Shown in pieces: positions 20,171 through 30,611 of a DNA stretch of 64,000 nucleotides (the stretch's first letter is position 1; the number at the start of each line of letters is the position of its first letter). The DNA comes from Pelagomonas calceolata (taxonomy: Eukaryota): NCBI GenBank assembly GCA_918797485.1, contig CAKKNE010000001.1, positions 744,001 through 808,000 on the forward strand, read 5' to 3'. The position numbers and the translations under genes were made by a program. The notes beneath the pieces are model-generated. The model worked only from the letters and a program-made list of their open reading frames with translations, did not search any database and had not been told where the DNA came from.

Positions 20171-21949
20171 CTACCCCCCTCGTGACGCCAAACGACGCCG
20201 CCGTCGGCGAGACACAGACACGACGCCCGGCCGCGTCCCGGTCATGTCCGGCACCGCTACCGCCGGGCAGCCGCCGCGGGACGGATCGCTTGAGGCGAAC
20301 GGCGCCTCCCACGCCTGTGCCAAAGCGTCGTATGTCAGGCCGCCCGGGCGTCCGGCACCGGTGGGCAGCATGCCCTCCGCGCCCAGTATTGTGCGGTAAA
20401 AACACCCTATCCAACAAGGGCTGCTCGTATTCCGTGGCGACGACGCCGTATTCCGTGACGACGACGCAGTACCGCACGCGTCAAAACATTTCACGGAGTC
20501 CCGCGCCTCGATGGCAGCGTAGAGGGACGCGTCGGAGCAGGCCTTGGTCACGACCTTCTCGACCTCGACGACGCGCCAGGCGGAGCCTTCGCTCGCTGCG
20601 AACGTGCTGTACCAGGCACCGCCGGTCTTTGCGACCACCGACATGGCCCAACAGGTCCACGGCCGCGCGATGTATTGGTCCCACGTACATGTTCCCGCCG
20701 CCCAGCGGCCGAAGCTCTGGGTGAGGTTGTTCCGGCCGACTTTCAATGTGTCCGGGGTATCACACTCTTGGATCCGTAGGGGCGCCTTCACGCAGCTGCA
20801 GAAGTAGCTGCCGGGCGTGCACGGCAGCTTCGAGAAGGCGTCGACGCCGTCCGGCCCGCATTCGTTGCACAGGCCGTACTGGCCCCATCGCGAATCGACC
20901 TCGACGACGAGCTTGCTCACGACTAGATTGGTCCCATACAATTCGAGGTTGTCGCAGTCGCCGGGCCAGCCGCCGCCACTCAGCCCGCCGGGCCCCGCGG
21001 CGCACTCGATTGGGAGGATGAGGGCTCGCATCTCGAAAAAAATCTCGCCGCCCAAATCAGCAACGTCCATGTCGCGCGGGACCACGCCCTCCGATAACTC
21101 GTTCACATGATACAGTGTGAGATTCCGGGCGAAGCGTGGCGGAATTCCCGTAGACGGTCGCCTTGGGACCGTCGATTGCGCCGCCGCGGAGCCGAGCAGC
21201 CCAAATAACCACCACCGCCGCGCGGCGCGTGGTGGTTGTGGCGCGCGCCGCGGAGGCGCGGCCCCCGTTCGCCGGTCGACGACGGGGTACTTCGCCGCGA
21301 GGCGCTCCCGCTCCCTCTTGTTCGCGGCCCGCACACTGTCGAGCGCGACCGGCACGCCGGTGCGCATCAGGCGGTAGGTCGACGTCGCGAGGTGGTACAG
21401 TAAATAGCACAGCCCGACGACCAGCAGCAAAGCCAGCGTCGCCTGCAGGTTCTCGTCGCGGTTCCGCCGCGAGCCCCAGCGGCCGCGCGAGAGGTTCGCC
21501 AGGTTCAGTGGCCCGACAAAGGCGACGACGGCGTAGCCGCCCGTCAGGATCAGCGTCGCCACGCCGCCGACACTGAAGTGGTTCACCACCGGGTTCCGCG
21601 CGACCTGGAGCTCTTGCGCGGCGCCGGGGACGAGCCGCGGCGTGAATCCCAACACGCCGGCCGCCGCGAAGAGCGCCAGGAACCGCAGCCCCAAGTAGCG
21701 GCCGACCGTGTACATTAGTTCCTGCCGCGGCCCGCCGCCCGTGCCCTCCAGGACGTAATTCTCCTTGCAGAGCCCGCACTTGACCAGCGAAGACGGGTCG
21801 AAGCCGCTCACGCGCACGGCGTCGAGGCACGAGCGGTGGATCAATGCCATGGACCCGGCGCACTTGCAGGGCTCGATGAGTTCGCCGTCTTCGGCGCCGC
21901 CGAAGCAGATGCGACACGTGGGCTCGTCCTCCTCTCCTGAGGAGGACAT
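20171..21949 (-). CDS. MARCH-type RINGv/TM E3 ligase read through into a Cys-rich secreted-type domain
   Basis: CRIC...LIEPCKCAGSM..IH.SCL...C.LC followed by TM helices, then a signal-peptide-like WWLFGLLGSAAA and a Cys-rich domain (NLTLYHVN...). Confidence 0.75.
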   Translation of the reverse strand: MSSSGEEDEPTCRICFGGAEDGELIEPCKCAGSMALIHRSCLDAVRVSGFDPSSLVKCGLCKENYVLEGTGGGPRQELMYTVGRYLGLRFLALFAAAGVLGFTPRLVPGAAQELQVARNPVVNHFSVGGVATLILTGGYAVVAFVGPLNLANLSRGRWGSRRNRDENLQATLALLLVVGLCYLLYHLATSTYRLMRTGVPVALDSVRAANKRERERLAAKYPVVDRRTGAAPPRRAPQPPRAARRWWLFGLLGSAAAQSTVPRRPSTGIPPRFARNLTLYHVNELSEGVVPRDMDVADLGGEIFFEMRALILPIECAAGPGGLSGGGWPGDCDNLELYGTNLVVSKLVVEVDSRWGQYGLCNECGPDGVDAFSKLPCTPGSYFCSCVKAPLRIQECDTPDTLKVGRNNLTQSFGRWAAGTCTWDQYIARPWTCWAMSVVAKTGGAWYSTFAASEGSAWRVVEVEKVVTKACSDASLYAAIEARDSVKCFDACGTASSSRNTASSPRNTSSPCWIGCFYRTILGAEGMLPTGAGRPGGLTYDALAQAWEAPFASSDPSRGGCPAVAVPDMTGTRPGVVSVSRRRRRRLASRGG

Positions 21950-22087
21950 GCTCTTGGGGCGTACGCGGCTGGTTATTTCAGCGGTTCGCGACGAATTGGC
22001 AGTGATGCGCTGCTCAGGTCAATGTTTCTTCAGCCTTTGGCCCCGGAAGCCCCGTCAAACAGCTGTGAGGCTTGGGAGCTTGTGCTT

Positions 22088-22111
22088 TCTAGTGTCTTAC
22101 TTGACGCTAGC
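22088..22111 (-). promoter_or_regulatory. Bipartite CTAG element in divergent promoter
   Basis: Reverse complement reads GCTAGCGtcaaGTAAGACACTAGA. Confidence 0.65.
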
Positions 22112-22278
22112 TCGGCTGTGCCTTGGGCAAAGCGTGTTGTTGAGCGCGCGAGGAGCGCTATTATCGGTTTTCGATCATTTGTGATCGACATTGATCCGCG
22201 AAGGCCTCGTCTCCTCTTCGGGAGCGGTTTGCGCCGCTGAAAGCGACGCCAGCGCAAGAGGGGCCTAGGGCAGCGAGA

Positions 22279-24354
22279 ATGGCGGCGGACCCTCTCCTCA
22301 AAGCCGCTGCAGCGGGAGACGTCGCGCGCCTGAGACAGCTCGTCGCCAATGGCGCTAACTTGAACGCGTGCGATCCGCCGCTCGTGGAACTCGCTATCCA
22401 GAGAGGGAAACCGGAGGTCATCAAGTGCCTGAGCGAACTGAACGCGCCCATGCGCCCCTGCGGCGTGCCGTTGGCGATGCTCGCTCTCGTCGCGAGGACA
22501 GAAGAGGCGGGCGTGGCGGACCCGCGCGTCGTCATTTCAGTCCTCGCGGCCCTCCGTGACGCGGGAGTAGACCTGGACGGAAGTTCTGGCGGTGGCACCG
22601 TCCTGCGCCAAATACTCGATGATACGGTGATAGCAGCGAGTATTTCTTTCGATGCGTCGCGGGCGGCGCGCGGCGCGGACGCGAGGCGTCGACCCACTGA
22701 CGTAACCCACTGGCAAATGGATGGGACTGTCACGACGAAAAAAACGTGGTGGACGATGGAGGCGCGCCTAGCAGTTGCGCAGTGGCTGCTCGAGGCTGGC
22801 GTGGACCCGGACGGGGGATCAGAACTTTCCCCAGGCTTTACGTGCGCGATGTGCGGCAACCTAGACGGGCTGAAGCTGTTGCGATCGCACGGTGCGGACC
22901 TGTCGAAGCCGTCGCGGGTAACTGACTCCGGACCGGCCCGTTCGGTCGTTTTTGCGGCGCTTGTCCGGGACGCGAAACACGTCGTCAGGTGGCTGTCGAA
23001 GGAGTGCGGCATCGTGCCGACCAGAGCTGACTTGGCCGATGCACTCGCGGAGCGGGAGCACTACTCGGTCAAGACGGATACGACCGGCGGGCGGACGTAC
23101 GCGCTGGCGCGGCTGTGCGGCTACTGCGGGCGAACGGGCGCGACGCAGCAGTGCGGCAAGTGCGGCAAGCTGGGCCCGCGCTTCTGCGACCGGGCCTGCT
23201 TCAAGCGGGCGTGGAAGAGCCACAAGCGGGTCTGCGGCACGGACGCCGGGAAGGACCGCGAGCCGCTCCTCGTCGAGCTGACCGCGGCCGTGTTCACCGG
23301 CGACGTCGCGGCCATCGAGCGACTCGTCCGGGAGGACAAGGTGCCGGTCGACGCGGACATCTCGCACATCACGGGGGACTCGTCGACGAACCGCCGCGCG
23401 GTCCAGAAGTCGCAAGAAGATGAAAAGAACGACCCGCTAGCGAAGCAGGGCTTCTCGGTGGGGCACGACAATTCGGCGTGCATGGGCGCGGAAACGGCCC
23501 TACTGCAGGCCGCGTTCTTCACGCCGGGCCCAGTAATGAAAAAGATCCTGCAGGGCATCTTTCCCGACTGGAGCCCGGCGCGCAAGCGCCTCGTGAAGGG
23601 CTACGACTCGGCCAAGGTCATTAGATGCCTGGCGGCGCTCGGCGCGGACCTCGAGCGGCGGACGACGCTGGACGACTACAAACTGACGGCCGTGCACGTC
23701 GCGAACCGCTCGAACAACCTCGAGGGTCTCTCCGCGCTCGCGGCCGCCGGGTCCGACATGAACGCCAAAACTGGGTTCGACGGCTCGTCGCCGGTGCACC
23801 AGGCGGCGATTATCTGCCCGCTCTCGACGATGCGGCGACTGGTCGCCCTGGGCTGCGACGTCGACCAGGTAGATAACTACGGTCGCTATCCGATCCGCGT
23901 CGCCGTGGAGGAGGGGCGCGTGGACATCGTCGAGTGCCTGGCGGAAGCGGGGGCCCACGCGCCCTGGCCCATGCTGCATGACCTGGCCCAGTGGCACCCG
24001 GTCCTCGGGCACAACGGCAAGCGCGAAGTCACCCTCAAGTGCCTCGACCGGCTCAGCATGCGCGCCCGGGGCAAGCCCGCGTCCGCCGCGATGCCCGAGG
24101 CGATGTTGCGTGAGGGGATCAATGCGATGATGCATCCCCCGACGGCCGGCCTTGTGCACGCACGCCAATGGGCCAGCCAGCTGGCCCAGGTCGACGGGGC
24201 ATCCGTCGCGCATCTCCGGCGCTTGATCAAGGTGGCCGGCGGCAACGACCGCGGCTGCTTCGAGAAGAGTGAGCTGCGTGAGCGGGCGCGGGAGCTCCTC
24301 TCCGCGAAAGTCGCGGAGGCGGAGGCCTCCGCCGCGACGCCGGCTGACTCGTGA
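22279..24354 (+). CDS. Ankyrin-repeat and MYND zinc-finger protein with SAP-like C-terminus
   Basis: Ankyrin-like repeats flank CGYC...CGKC...FCDRACFKRAWKSHKRVC. The C-terminus reads LRRLI......RGCFEKSELRERA. Confidence 0.85.
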   Translation: MAADPLLKAAAAGDVARLRQLVANGANLNACDPPLVELAIQRGKPEVIKCLSELNAPMRPCGVPLAMLALVARTEEAGVADPRVVISVLAALRDAGVDLDGSSGGGTVLRQILDDTVIAASISFDASRAARGADARRRPTDVTHWQMDGTVTTKKTWWTMEARLAVAQWLLEAGVDPDGGSELSPGFTCAMCGNLDGLKLLRSHGADLSKPSRVTDSGPARSVVFAALVRDAKHVVRWLSKECGIVPTRADLADALAEREHYSVKTDTTGGRTYALARLCGYCGRTGATQQCGKCGKLGPRFCDRACFKRAWKSHKRVCGTDAGKDREPLLVELTAAVFTGDVAAIERLVREDKVPVDADISHITGDSSTNRRAVQKSQEDEKNDPLAKQGFSVGHDNSACMGAETALLQAAFFTPGPVMKKILQGIFPDWSPARKRLVKGYDSAKVIRCLAALGADLERRTTLDDYKLTAVHVANRSNNLEGLSALAAAGSDMNAKTGFDGSSPVHQAAIICPLSTMRRLVALGCDVDQVDNYGRYPIRVAVEEGRVDIVECLAEAGAHAPWPMLHDLAQWHPVLGHNGKREVTLKCLDRLSMRARGKPASAAMPEAMLREGINAMMHPPTAGLVHARQWASQLAQVDGASVAHLRRLIKVAGGNDRGCFEKSELRERARELLSAKVAEAEASAATPADS

Positions 24355-24386
24355 GGCACTGTTTGTGTGACCTTAAGTATCTTTAT

Positions 24387-24407
24387 CTAGCGGTGTAAGA
24401 CACTAGC
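24387..24407 (+). promoter_or_regulatory. Bipartite CTAG element upstream of FRA10AC1
   Basis: CTAGCGgtGTAAGACACTAGC, about 175 nt upstream of ATG 24581. Confidence 0.65.
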
Positions 24408-24580
24408 AAGCAAGCACGGACGAAGAGCTGAGTTTGGCCCGCATCCGAGGCGCAGGTATACGAGGCTCGTTGATTTCGATTGATTTTGCACAGCAGCAGC
24501 ATCCGTGCCCAAAGCTGCGGCTCGTTTCAGTGCTGCCTGTGCTGCCTGCTAAAAAGACAAAAAACACCGGCACGCCATCG

Positions 24581-25417
24581 ATGCAGCGCCAGCCCTCCGA
24601 CGCCTCGTCGACGCTGACCGACGCATTAGATGAAGGCGCCGGCGCGGCACAGACGCAGCGCATTTTTCGGCAAGAGCATGAGTTCGTGCGGGACGACGAC
24701 GCCGACGCCGAGAACGCGCGGCGCTGGGAGACGCGCATGGCGCGGCGGTACTACGACGCGCTGCACAAGGAATACGCGATCTGCGATCTGTCGCGGTGGC
24801 GCGAGGGCGCCGTCGGGTTAAGATGGCGAACCGCCGCGGAAGTGACGAGCGGCAAGGGCGAACGAATATGCGCGGCGCGCGGCTGCGACTCGCGCGACGG
24901 CCTGCGGAGCTTCGAGCTGCCTTTCGAGTACGTGGAACAAGGCGAAAGAAAGCTCGAGCTCGTCAAGTGCCGCGCCTGCCGGGGCTGCGCGAAGAAGCTC
25001 AAGGGCCGCAAGCGCAGCCGCAGCCGCAGCCGCAGCCGCGACCGCAGCCGGCGGGACCGCAAGAAAAAGAAAAAAGACAAAAAGAGCAAGGCGCCCGTCA
25101 TCCCGGAAGCCGACGTCAAATTCATGGACACTCTGAGACGAGATATCCAGACCATGGGTCCCCTGAGAAGCAACCACCTCAACGCGTTCTACAAGCGGCA
25201 CCCCGAGATCCCGCCCAAGGGCTCGGGCGCCGGCACCTGGATCGCGAAGCGCTGCCAACATTATGGGTTAATAGTGAAGAAGCCGGAGAAATACGGCGGG
25301 GCGATGGAGTTCCAATTGGCACCAACTCAATCGAGGAAGTTGAATATTGTGGCGGATCGGCAGGAGGACCGCCCGCCGTCGCAACTGCCCGATGATCGTC
25401 GTTTGAATAAGTTGTAG
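24581..25417 (+). CDS. FRA10AC1: FRA10AC1 spliceosomal protein homolog
   Basis: WE.RMARRYYD.L.KEYAICDLSR.....GLRWRT..EV.SGKG..IC....C...L.S.E.PF.YVE.GE.K..LVK...C..CA.KL followed by an RS/K-rich tail. Confidence 0.92.
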   Translation: MQRQPSDASSTLTDALDEGAGAAQTQRIFRQEHEFVRDDDADAENARRWETRMARRYYDALHKEYAICDLSRWREGAVGLRWRTAAEVTSGKGERICAARGCDSRDGLRSFELPFEYVEQGERKLELVKCRACRGCAKKLKGRKRSRSRSRSRDRSRRDRKKKKKDKKSKAPVIPEADVKFMDTLRRDIQTMGPLRSNHLNAFYKRHPEIPPKGSGAGTWIAKRCQHYGLIVKKPEKYGGAMEFQLAPTQSRKLNIVADRQEDRPPSQLPDDRRLNKL

Positions 25418-25422
25418 TGTTG

Positions 25423-26530
25423 TTAAGACTTCATCCCCTCGGCCGCGCCCGCCGCGACGGCCTTCTCGCGGTCCGTCGCCGCCGCGCCCCGTTCGCGGTC
25501 GACGGCACCGCTGTCGACCTCTTCGTAGCGCCGGCCCATCTCCAGGCGTGTCGGGTCCTGCTCGACGCCGGGCAGAAGCTGCTGCACGAGCGCGTAGGTC
25601 GCGGCCGTGGCGCGCCGCGACGGCGTGTACGCGAGCGCCCCGAACGCGTCGTCATACGACGAGGGTGGGGGGTAGCCCTTCAACGTCGCCATCTCAAAAG
25701 TCTTGCCCCTAGCGTCCGCCGCGTCCAAAGCAGCAACGAGGACAGCAGCCACGTCCTCCCGATTCGAGCGGCCGACCGCGACCTGTGCGGAATCAACCAG
25801 TGTGTCGTGCACCCGCCACGCTATCGAGCAAGCGTCGCATCGATGGCGTAGAGGTCGACGCGACGTGAAGGCGTCGTGAAATTTTGTATTCTACACAGAC
25901 CGCGACGTCGCCCTGCGAAAACACGGGCCGGCCGCGCGGCCAGTCGTCGTTGAGCCCGACGGGCCGGACGACGCAGAACGCCGGCGTCGCCCTCGCCAGC
26001 TTCTTCTCGGCGTTGAGCTTCTTGCCCAGGATCCCCGCCGGGTTCAAACGAACAATAGGTATGTCGTAGCTCCGCTCGAATTTCTTCTGCTTGCGCGACG
26101 ACCAGCCCGGCCTTGTAACAGCGGCCGACGAGAGCATCACGCAGTTCGGAGGCGCGTCCCGGGACACCTTGGGCAGCGCCTTGGCCAGGGTCGGCAGCGA
26201 TATTTGATCAATGAGTGTCGAGCCGTCGGAGGCCAGGCCAGTCGCGCACCAGACCACTGCGTCGGCGTCGCCGTCCAGCGTCCGCTGTTCGACGTTCTCG
26301 GGGTCCTCGAGATCCACCGGTCCGATGCGCACGCGCGGGTGCTCCGGTAGCACTTCCTTTGCCTTCGTCTCGTTCCTCACAAAGCAGCGGATCGTCGTCT
26401 GGTCGTCTTTGAGCAGTTCTCGCACGACAGCTTGGCCGGTCTTGCCAGTGGCACCAGTGACAATCACCGTGCGTGGGCGCAGGGCGCCTGCCGATGCGAG
26501 CAGCGTGGAGAGGAGGAGCGCATGGATCAT
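25423..26530 (-). CDS. Plastid-targeted atypical SDR / NAD(P)-binding protein (Tic62/CIA30-like); 2 exons (26530-25907, 25782-25423)
   Basis: Signal peptide, VIVTGATGKTG, MLSSAAVTRP and VVRP.GL. QGD|VAVGRSNREDVA is joined by removing the GT-AG intron 25783-25906. Confidence 0.88.
25783..25898. mobile_element. Introner element with perfect 8-bp TSD
   Basis: ACCGCGAC (25775-25782) - CTGTGCGGAATCAA ... TTGTATTCTACACAG - ACCGCGAC (25899-25906). The GT donor comes from the TSD and the AG acceptor from the TIR. Confidence 0.92.
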
Positions 26531-26623
26531 GGCGTGCAAGTGGCTTGAACAAGTGATCGTCTGGTGCACAAATGCAATCACTGGAGCACTTGAGGCGCCA
26601 GCAATGCGCCAAAAGTCGAGCAC

Positions 26624-26641
26624 CTAGCGTAACATACTAGG
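26624..26641 (+). promoter_or_regulatory. Short-spacer bipartite CTAG element
   Basis: CTAGCGTAACATACTAGG, about 100 nt upstream of ATG 26530(-). Confidence 0.5.
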
Positions 26642-26673
26642 AGCAGACGCCGTCGCCGCGACAGCGTATCATG

Positions 26674-27285
26674 CTAGAACCCTTTCTTACTCTTCTTCCG
26701 CTTCTTCGCCGGATCCAAGCCGCGCGTCACGACGCCGATGATCGCCCCGTGCTCGCGGGACGACTCGCAGTCGGCGACGAGGTCGGAGTCGTCCAAGGCC
26801 GTCGCTAATAACAATTCCGCGTCGTCGGTCCGTTCGACGAACACTAACCGCCCGTCCGGCTTGAGCGCTCTGAGAGCCGCATCACAGGTCTCGAACACGG
26901 CATCCGGCCCGCGCGGCGCCGCGCGCGCGAGCGCGCCGAACATCAAACAGGCGTCGAAGGACTCGGGCTGCAGGCGCGGCGCCTTCCGGCCGTTGTCTCT
27001 GGCATTAACCGTTTCCAAACCCTGACCGTTCTTCGAGGCTGCCATTTTTGTGGGCCCAATGTCTTTCGCCGCCTCCTGGGGGTTGAGCCATTGGGTGATG
27101 GTGCATCCCATCGGCAAATAATACAAGTTCTTCGCGCCGTCGACGGCGTCGACCTCGAGCACCGTGCTGCCCCGCCCTATACAGGCGCTCACGAGCTTCG
27201 CGGTCGACGCTTGCAGCTGCCAGTACTTGGGGTTGACCCAGTCCAGCGCGTGGGCCGTGGTCAGTAGAAAGAGGGCTCGGCGCAT
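26674..27285 (-). CDS. Degenerate class I SAM-methyltransferase-fold protein with signal peptide
   Basis: VLEVDA..G.KNLYYLP, ESFDACL, and ALRALKPDGRLVFVE. Confidence 0.7.
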   Translation of the reverse strand: MRRALFLLTTAHALDWVNPKYWQLQASTAKLVSACIGRGSTVLEVDAVDGAKNLYYLPMGCTITQWLNPQEAAKDIGPTKMAASKNGQGLETVNARDNGRKAPRLQPESFDACLMFGALARAAPRGPDAVFETCDAALRALKPDGRLVFVERTDDAELLLATALDDSDLVADCESSREHGAIIGVVTRGLDPAKKRKKSKKGF

Positions 27286-27651
27286 CTTGCCCTCACACGA
27301 CGGCTGGCGTACAGCTGGGGTACCAGTGGTCAAGCCGATGTGAATGCCTCTGTGGCTGCGCAGCCGTGCTGGCTACAGCCGCAAGGGTCGTATAGGCAGA
27401 GTTATCGATCGACGCACTACTCAGCAGGCTACGAGCGAGCGCTTTTTGTCCCCGAGCTTGCTGAGAGCTAAAATTTCTAGTATCGATGACGCTAGCACAC
27501 ACATCTCCGAAATCGCAGCCACACGCGGCGGATTAGCGCTCCGAGGAGGCAATCCAGCGCGACGAAAAAGGGTGCATATCTCGGCTGGTTACCTCTTGCA
27601 CACGACACGACGTCGCGCTGAGCGTAAGATCGCGTAGAGCCAGCCGAAACC

Positions 27652-29365
27652 ATGCCGCTCCTCGTCGGGAGGCTACTCGTCGTCGCCGCCGCGGCGAGCG
27701 CCAAGTTCTCCGCAACGTTCGAGGGCGACAGCACCGCGCCCTTCGTCGAGTCGACGAACGACCGCTACGCCAATCAAGATGTGGGCATCGTCGACGGCGC
27801 GTTGATGCTGAAGGAACCGAACCGCATGTACGGCGTCGCGGCCGAGATCAAGCCGCCTTTTAAATTAGACGACAAGCTCGTGATCCAGTACGAGTCGACG
27901 CTGACGGACGGCCTGACCTGCGGCGGCGCCTACGTCAAACTTTTAGAATCACCAGTGGACACCTCGAAGTTCGACAACGAGTCGCCCTACGTGCTCATGT
28001 TCGGGCCGGACCGCTGCGGCGCCACCGATAAGGTCCACTTCATCGTGCGGCAGAAGAACCCCAAATCGAACACGTGGTACGAGCACCACTTGCGGGACGC
28101 GCCGCGGGCCAAGGCTGATAGAAGCCCGCACCTCTACAAGGCGGTCATTAATAGTGACGACACCTTTGCTATTTACATTGACGACGAGGAGGCCTTCTCG
28201 GGAAGTCTCATGGACGCCTTGGAGCCGCCCCTGACGCCGCCCAAGGAGATCGACGACCCGGACGACTCCAAGCCCAAGGACTGGGTCGATGCTGCCAAGA
28301 TCGACGACCCGGAGGCGTCGAAGCCCGACGACTGGGACGAGGACGCGCCGCGGGAAATTGATGATGCGACCGCGACGATGCCGGCCGGGTGGCTCGAGGA
28401 CGAGCCTTTACTAATCCCGGACCCGTCGGCGGAGGCGCCCGACGACTGGGACGACGAGGAGGACGGGGAATGGGAGGCGCCGGTCTGGATGCCGTGTCCT
28501 TTTACGCGTCGCGTCGCGTCGCGTCGATGGCGTCGAGGCGGCTGGCGCGTATCCCGCGAGTGGCGTGTCGCGTCAATGGCGTATGACCCATGCCGCCGCC
28601 GCCACGCCGTGCCTCCACCCGCCACGCCGCGTCGAGGCGTGGCGTGGCGTGACGGCCCTCGAGTGCGCGTCGAACACACCGCCACGCCGTCGCCGCGCCT
28701 CACCCGTCTACCACCCACCGCAGGAGATCGCCAACCCCAAGTGCGACAAGGCGCCGGGCTGCGGCCCGTGGTCGCCGCCGAAGATCGACAACCCCGACTA
28801 CAAGGGCAAGTGGTACCCGCCGCAGATCGACAACCCTGACTACAAAGGGCCCTGGGCGCCGCGCAAGATCCCGAACAAGGAGTTCTTCGAACCCAAAAAC
28901 CCTTCCAAAAACCTGAAGCCCGTCGGCGCGGTGGCCGTGGAAGTCTGGACGACGAACGGCGGCATCGCGTACGACAACTTCTACCTGGGCGGGTCCGAGG
29001 TCGAGGCGAAGGATTCGGCAGCGTCGTACTACGCGAAGAAAGAGGAGGAAGCAAGGAAGGCGGCCGAGAAGAAGGCTCAGAAGGCCGCGAAGCGCGCGGC
29101 CAAGGGCAAGGGCTGGCGCGGGCTGCTGCTGAAGGCGAAGAAGGTCGGTCAAACGGTTTTAGATAAGGCGCTCGACCAGCCTTTGGCCGCCGGCGGGACG
29201 CTGTTGGTGTTGATCGTCACATTGCTCATGACGCGGAAGAAGAAGGCTGTTGTGGATGAGGACGAGGCCGAGGAGGAGGACGACGACGAGGACGAGGAGG
29301 AAGAGTCCGAGGAGGAGGAGCCGGCGCCGCGGCGGGGGCGGCGCCGCACGCCGAAGGCGGACTAG
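27652..29365 (+). CDS. CANX: Calnexin; 2 exons (27652-28482, 28724-29365)
   Basis: LTCGGAYVKLL, MFGPDRCG, P-domain repeats (IDDP...KP.DWD), GEWEAP|EIANPKC..PGCG.W, then a C-terminal TM and acidic tail. GT-AG intron 28483-28723 restores the frame. Confidence 0.95.
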
Positions 29366-29404
29366 GCCTGTTCCTTTTACCCCTTATCATAAGTTCACAT
29401 ACTA

Positions 29405-30217
29405 TTATTCACTAGCACCACCACCGCCAAGCGTCGTCCCCCGCGGCGCGAGCTCGAAGACGTCGCCCTCCAGGTCGCACGCGAAGACCGCGCACGCGCC
29501 GAGGAGCGCCTTGTGCGCGTCGAGCGCCGCGTCGACGTCCACGTCCGCGTCGTCCGCCGGCCGCAGCGCCGCCGCGAGGTCCTCCAGTTCTCTGAGCAGC
29601 TCGGGCGTGCCCGGGCCGGCCGCCACGGCCAGCACGCGTCTCACTGGAAGGTCCGGCGCGTAGAGCTGCGCGAAGGTCGCGTGGACGTTGAGCGCGTGGC
29701 ATGAAGTGCCCATGGCCGCCGCGGCGCTTTCTGGAGAGGGCGCGTCCTCAATAACCTCGGCGCAGCCCGCGGCCGCCGCGAAAGCTTTCATCGTGTCCGC
29801 GTCGCGCAGGCAGCAGAAGGGCGCGCCGGCGATCGACGCGGCGTGGTCCAAATATGAAGCCGTCGCGTCGCCGGCCGCCGCCGCGAAGACCACGGGCCGC
29901 TTCGCGAAGAGGGGCTGCTTGCCATATACGTAATCGGCCCAGGACGACTGCTTTTTCGTGAGTTTCGGCCAGTCGTCGACCGCGGCCTGCCTGACCGAGA
30001 CGTCGGGCGGCGCCGCCAGCGCGACGACGGCCGGGTCGCGGACGGCCCCTAGCGCTGCTCCCTTCGGCAGCGCCTCCAACCCGACGAGCGGTCGCTCGGA
30101 AACGAGCGCTTCGACCAGCGCCTTCGGCTCGAGCCGCTCGGCAGCCACGCCTCGGAGCCGGCCGGCGGCGGCGACGCAGGCCTGGGCGAGGCGGAGGTCG
30201 GAGATGGCGCTGGCCAT
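29405..30217 (-). CDS. Hypothetical protein
   Basis: 270-aa ORF with coding-type GC3 bias filling the space between calnexin and the divergent promoter. Confidence 0.65.
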   Translation of the reverse strand: MASAISDLRLAQACVAAAGRLRGVAAERLEPKALVEALVSERPLVGLEALPKGAALGAVRDPAVVALAAPPDVSVRQAAVDDWPKLTKKQSSWADYVYGKQPLFAKRPVVFAAAAGDATASYLDHAASIAGAPFCCLRDADTMKAFAAAAGCAEVIEDAPSPESAAAAMGTSCHALNVHATFAQLYAPDLPVRRVLAVAAGPGTPELLRELEDLAAALRPADDADVDVDAALDAHKALLGACAVFACDLEGDVFELAPRGTTLGGGGASE

Positions 30218-30224
30218 GGTTTGT

Positions 30225-30284
30225 TGTGACGTCGCGCTGATGGCGTGAGGTTTGGTGGTGTGACGTCGCGCTGATGGCGTGAGG
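30225..30284. repeat. Tandem duplication (26-bp identical core, 34-bp period) in 5' UTR
   Basis: TGTGACGTCGCGCTGATGGCGTGAGG at 30225-30250 and 30259-30284. Confidence 0.9.
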
Positions 30285-30461
30285 CGCTGATTAAATGCCA
30301 GTCTGCGCTTAGGAGAGCGTCGTGTGTTGTGGGTGGTAAGCTGTCACAAGAAGCGGCGGGCTCGCAGAGCAGTGATGCTTGGCGTACAGAATCGATAAAA
30401 TCGAGGCGCGGCGTGACTTTAGAGTACGTATTCTGTGGTCCCAGGTCGGAGCTTGTTGATT

Positions 30462-30485
30462 GCTAGTGCCTTACAGGCCGCTAGC
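30462..30485 (-). promoter_or_regulatory. Bipartite CTAG element in divergent promoter
   Basis: Reverse complement reads GCTAGCGgcctGTAAGGCACTAGC, one mismatch from the 46330 copy. Confidence 0.65.
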
Positions 30486-30611
30486 CTCGAGCTTTTATGG
30501 AGCAGTGACTTTTGTCTCAAAAACGCAAGCACACGTGCGTCTGGTGCCTGTAGATCGCACCAGGGGCTGTGAATCGCACCACTGCGGCCGCTCGACAGCT
30601 GTGCTGCAGTG

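Noticed and set aside
25011..25050. (CGCAGC)n microsatellite
   Set aside because: It simply encodes the RS dipeptide tail of FRA10AC1.
28483..28723. Calnexin intron as another TIR introner
   Set aside because: It carries the CpG motif but has no CTGTG TIR at the 5' end and no TSD. Treated as an ordinary or very old intron; the same applies to 35485-35659.
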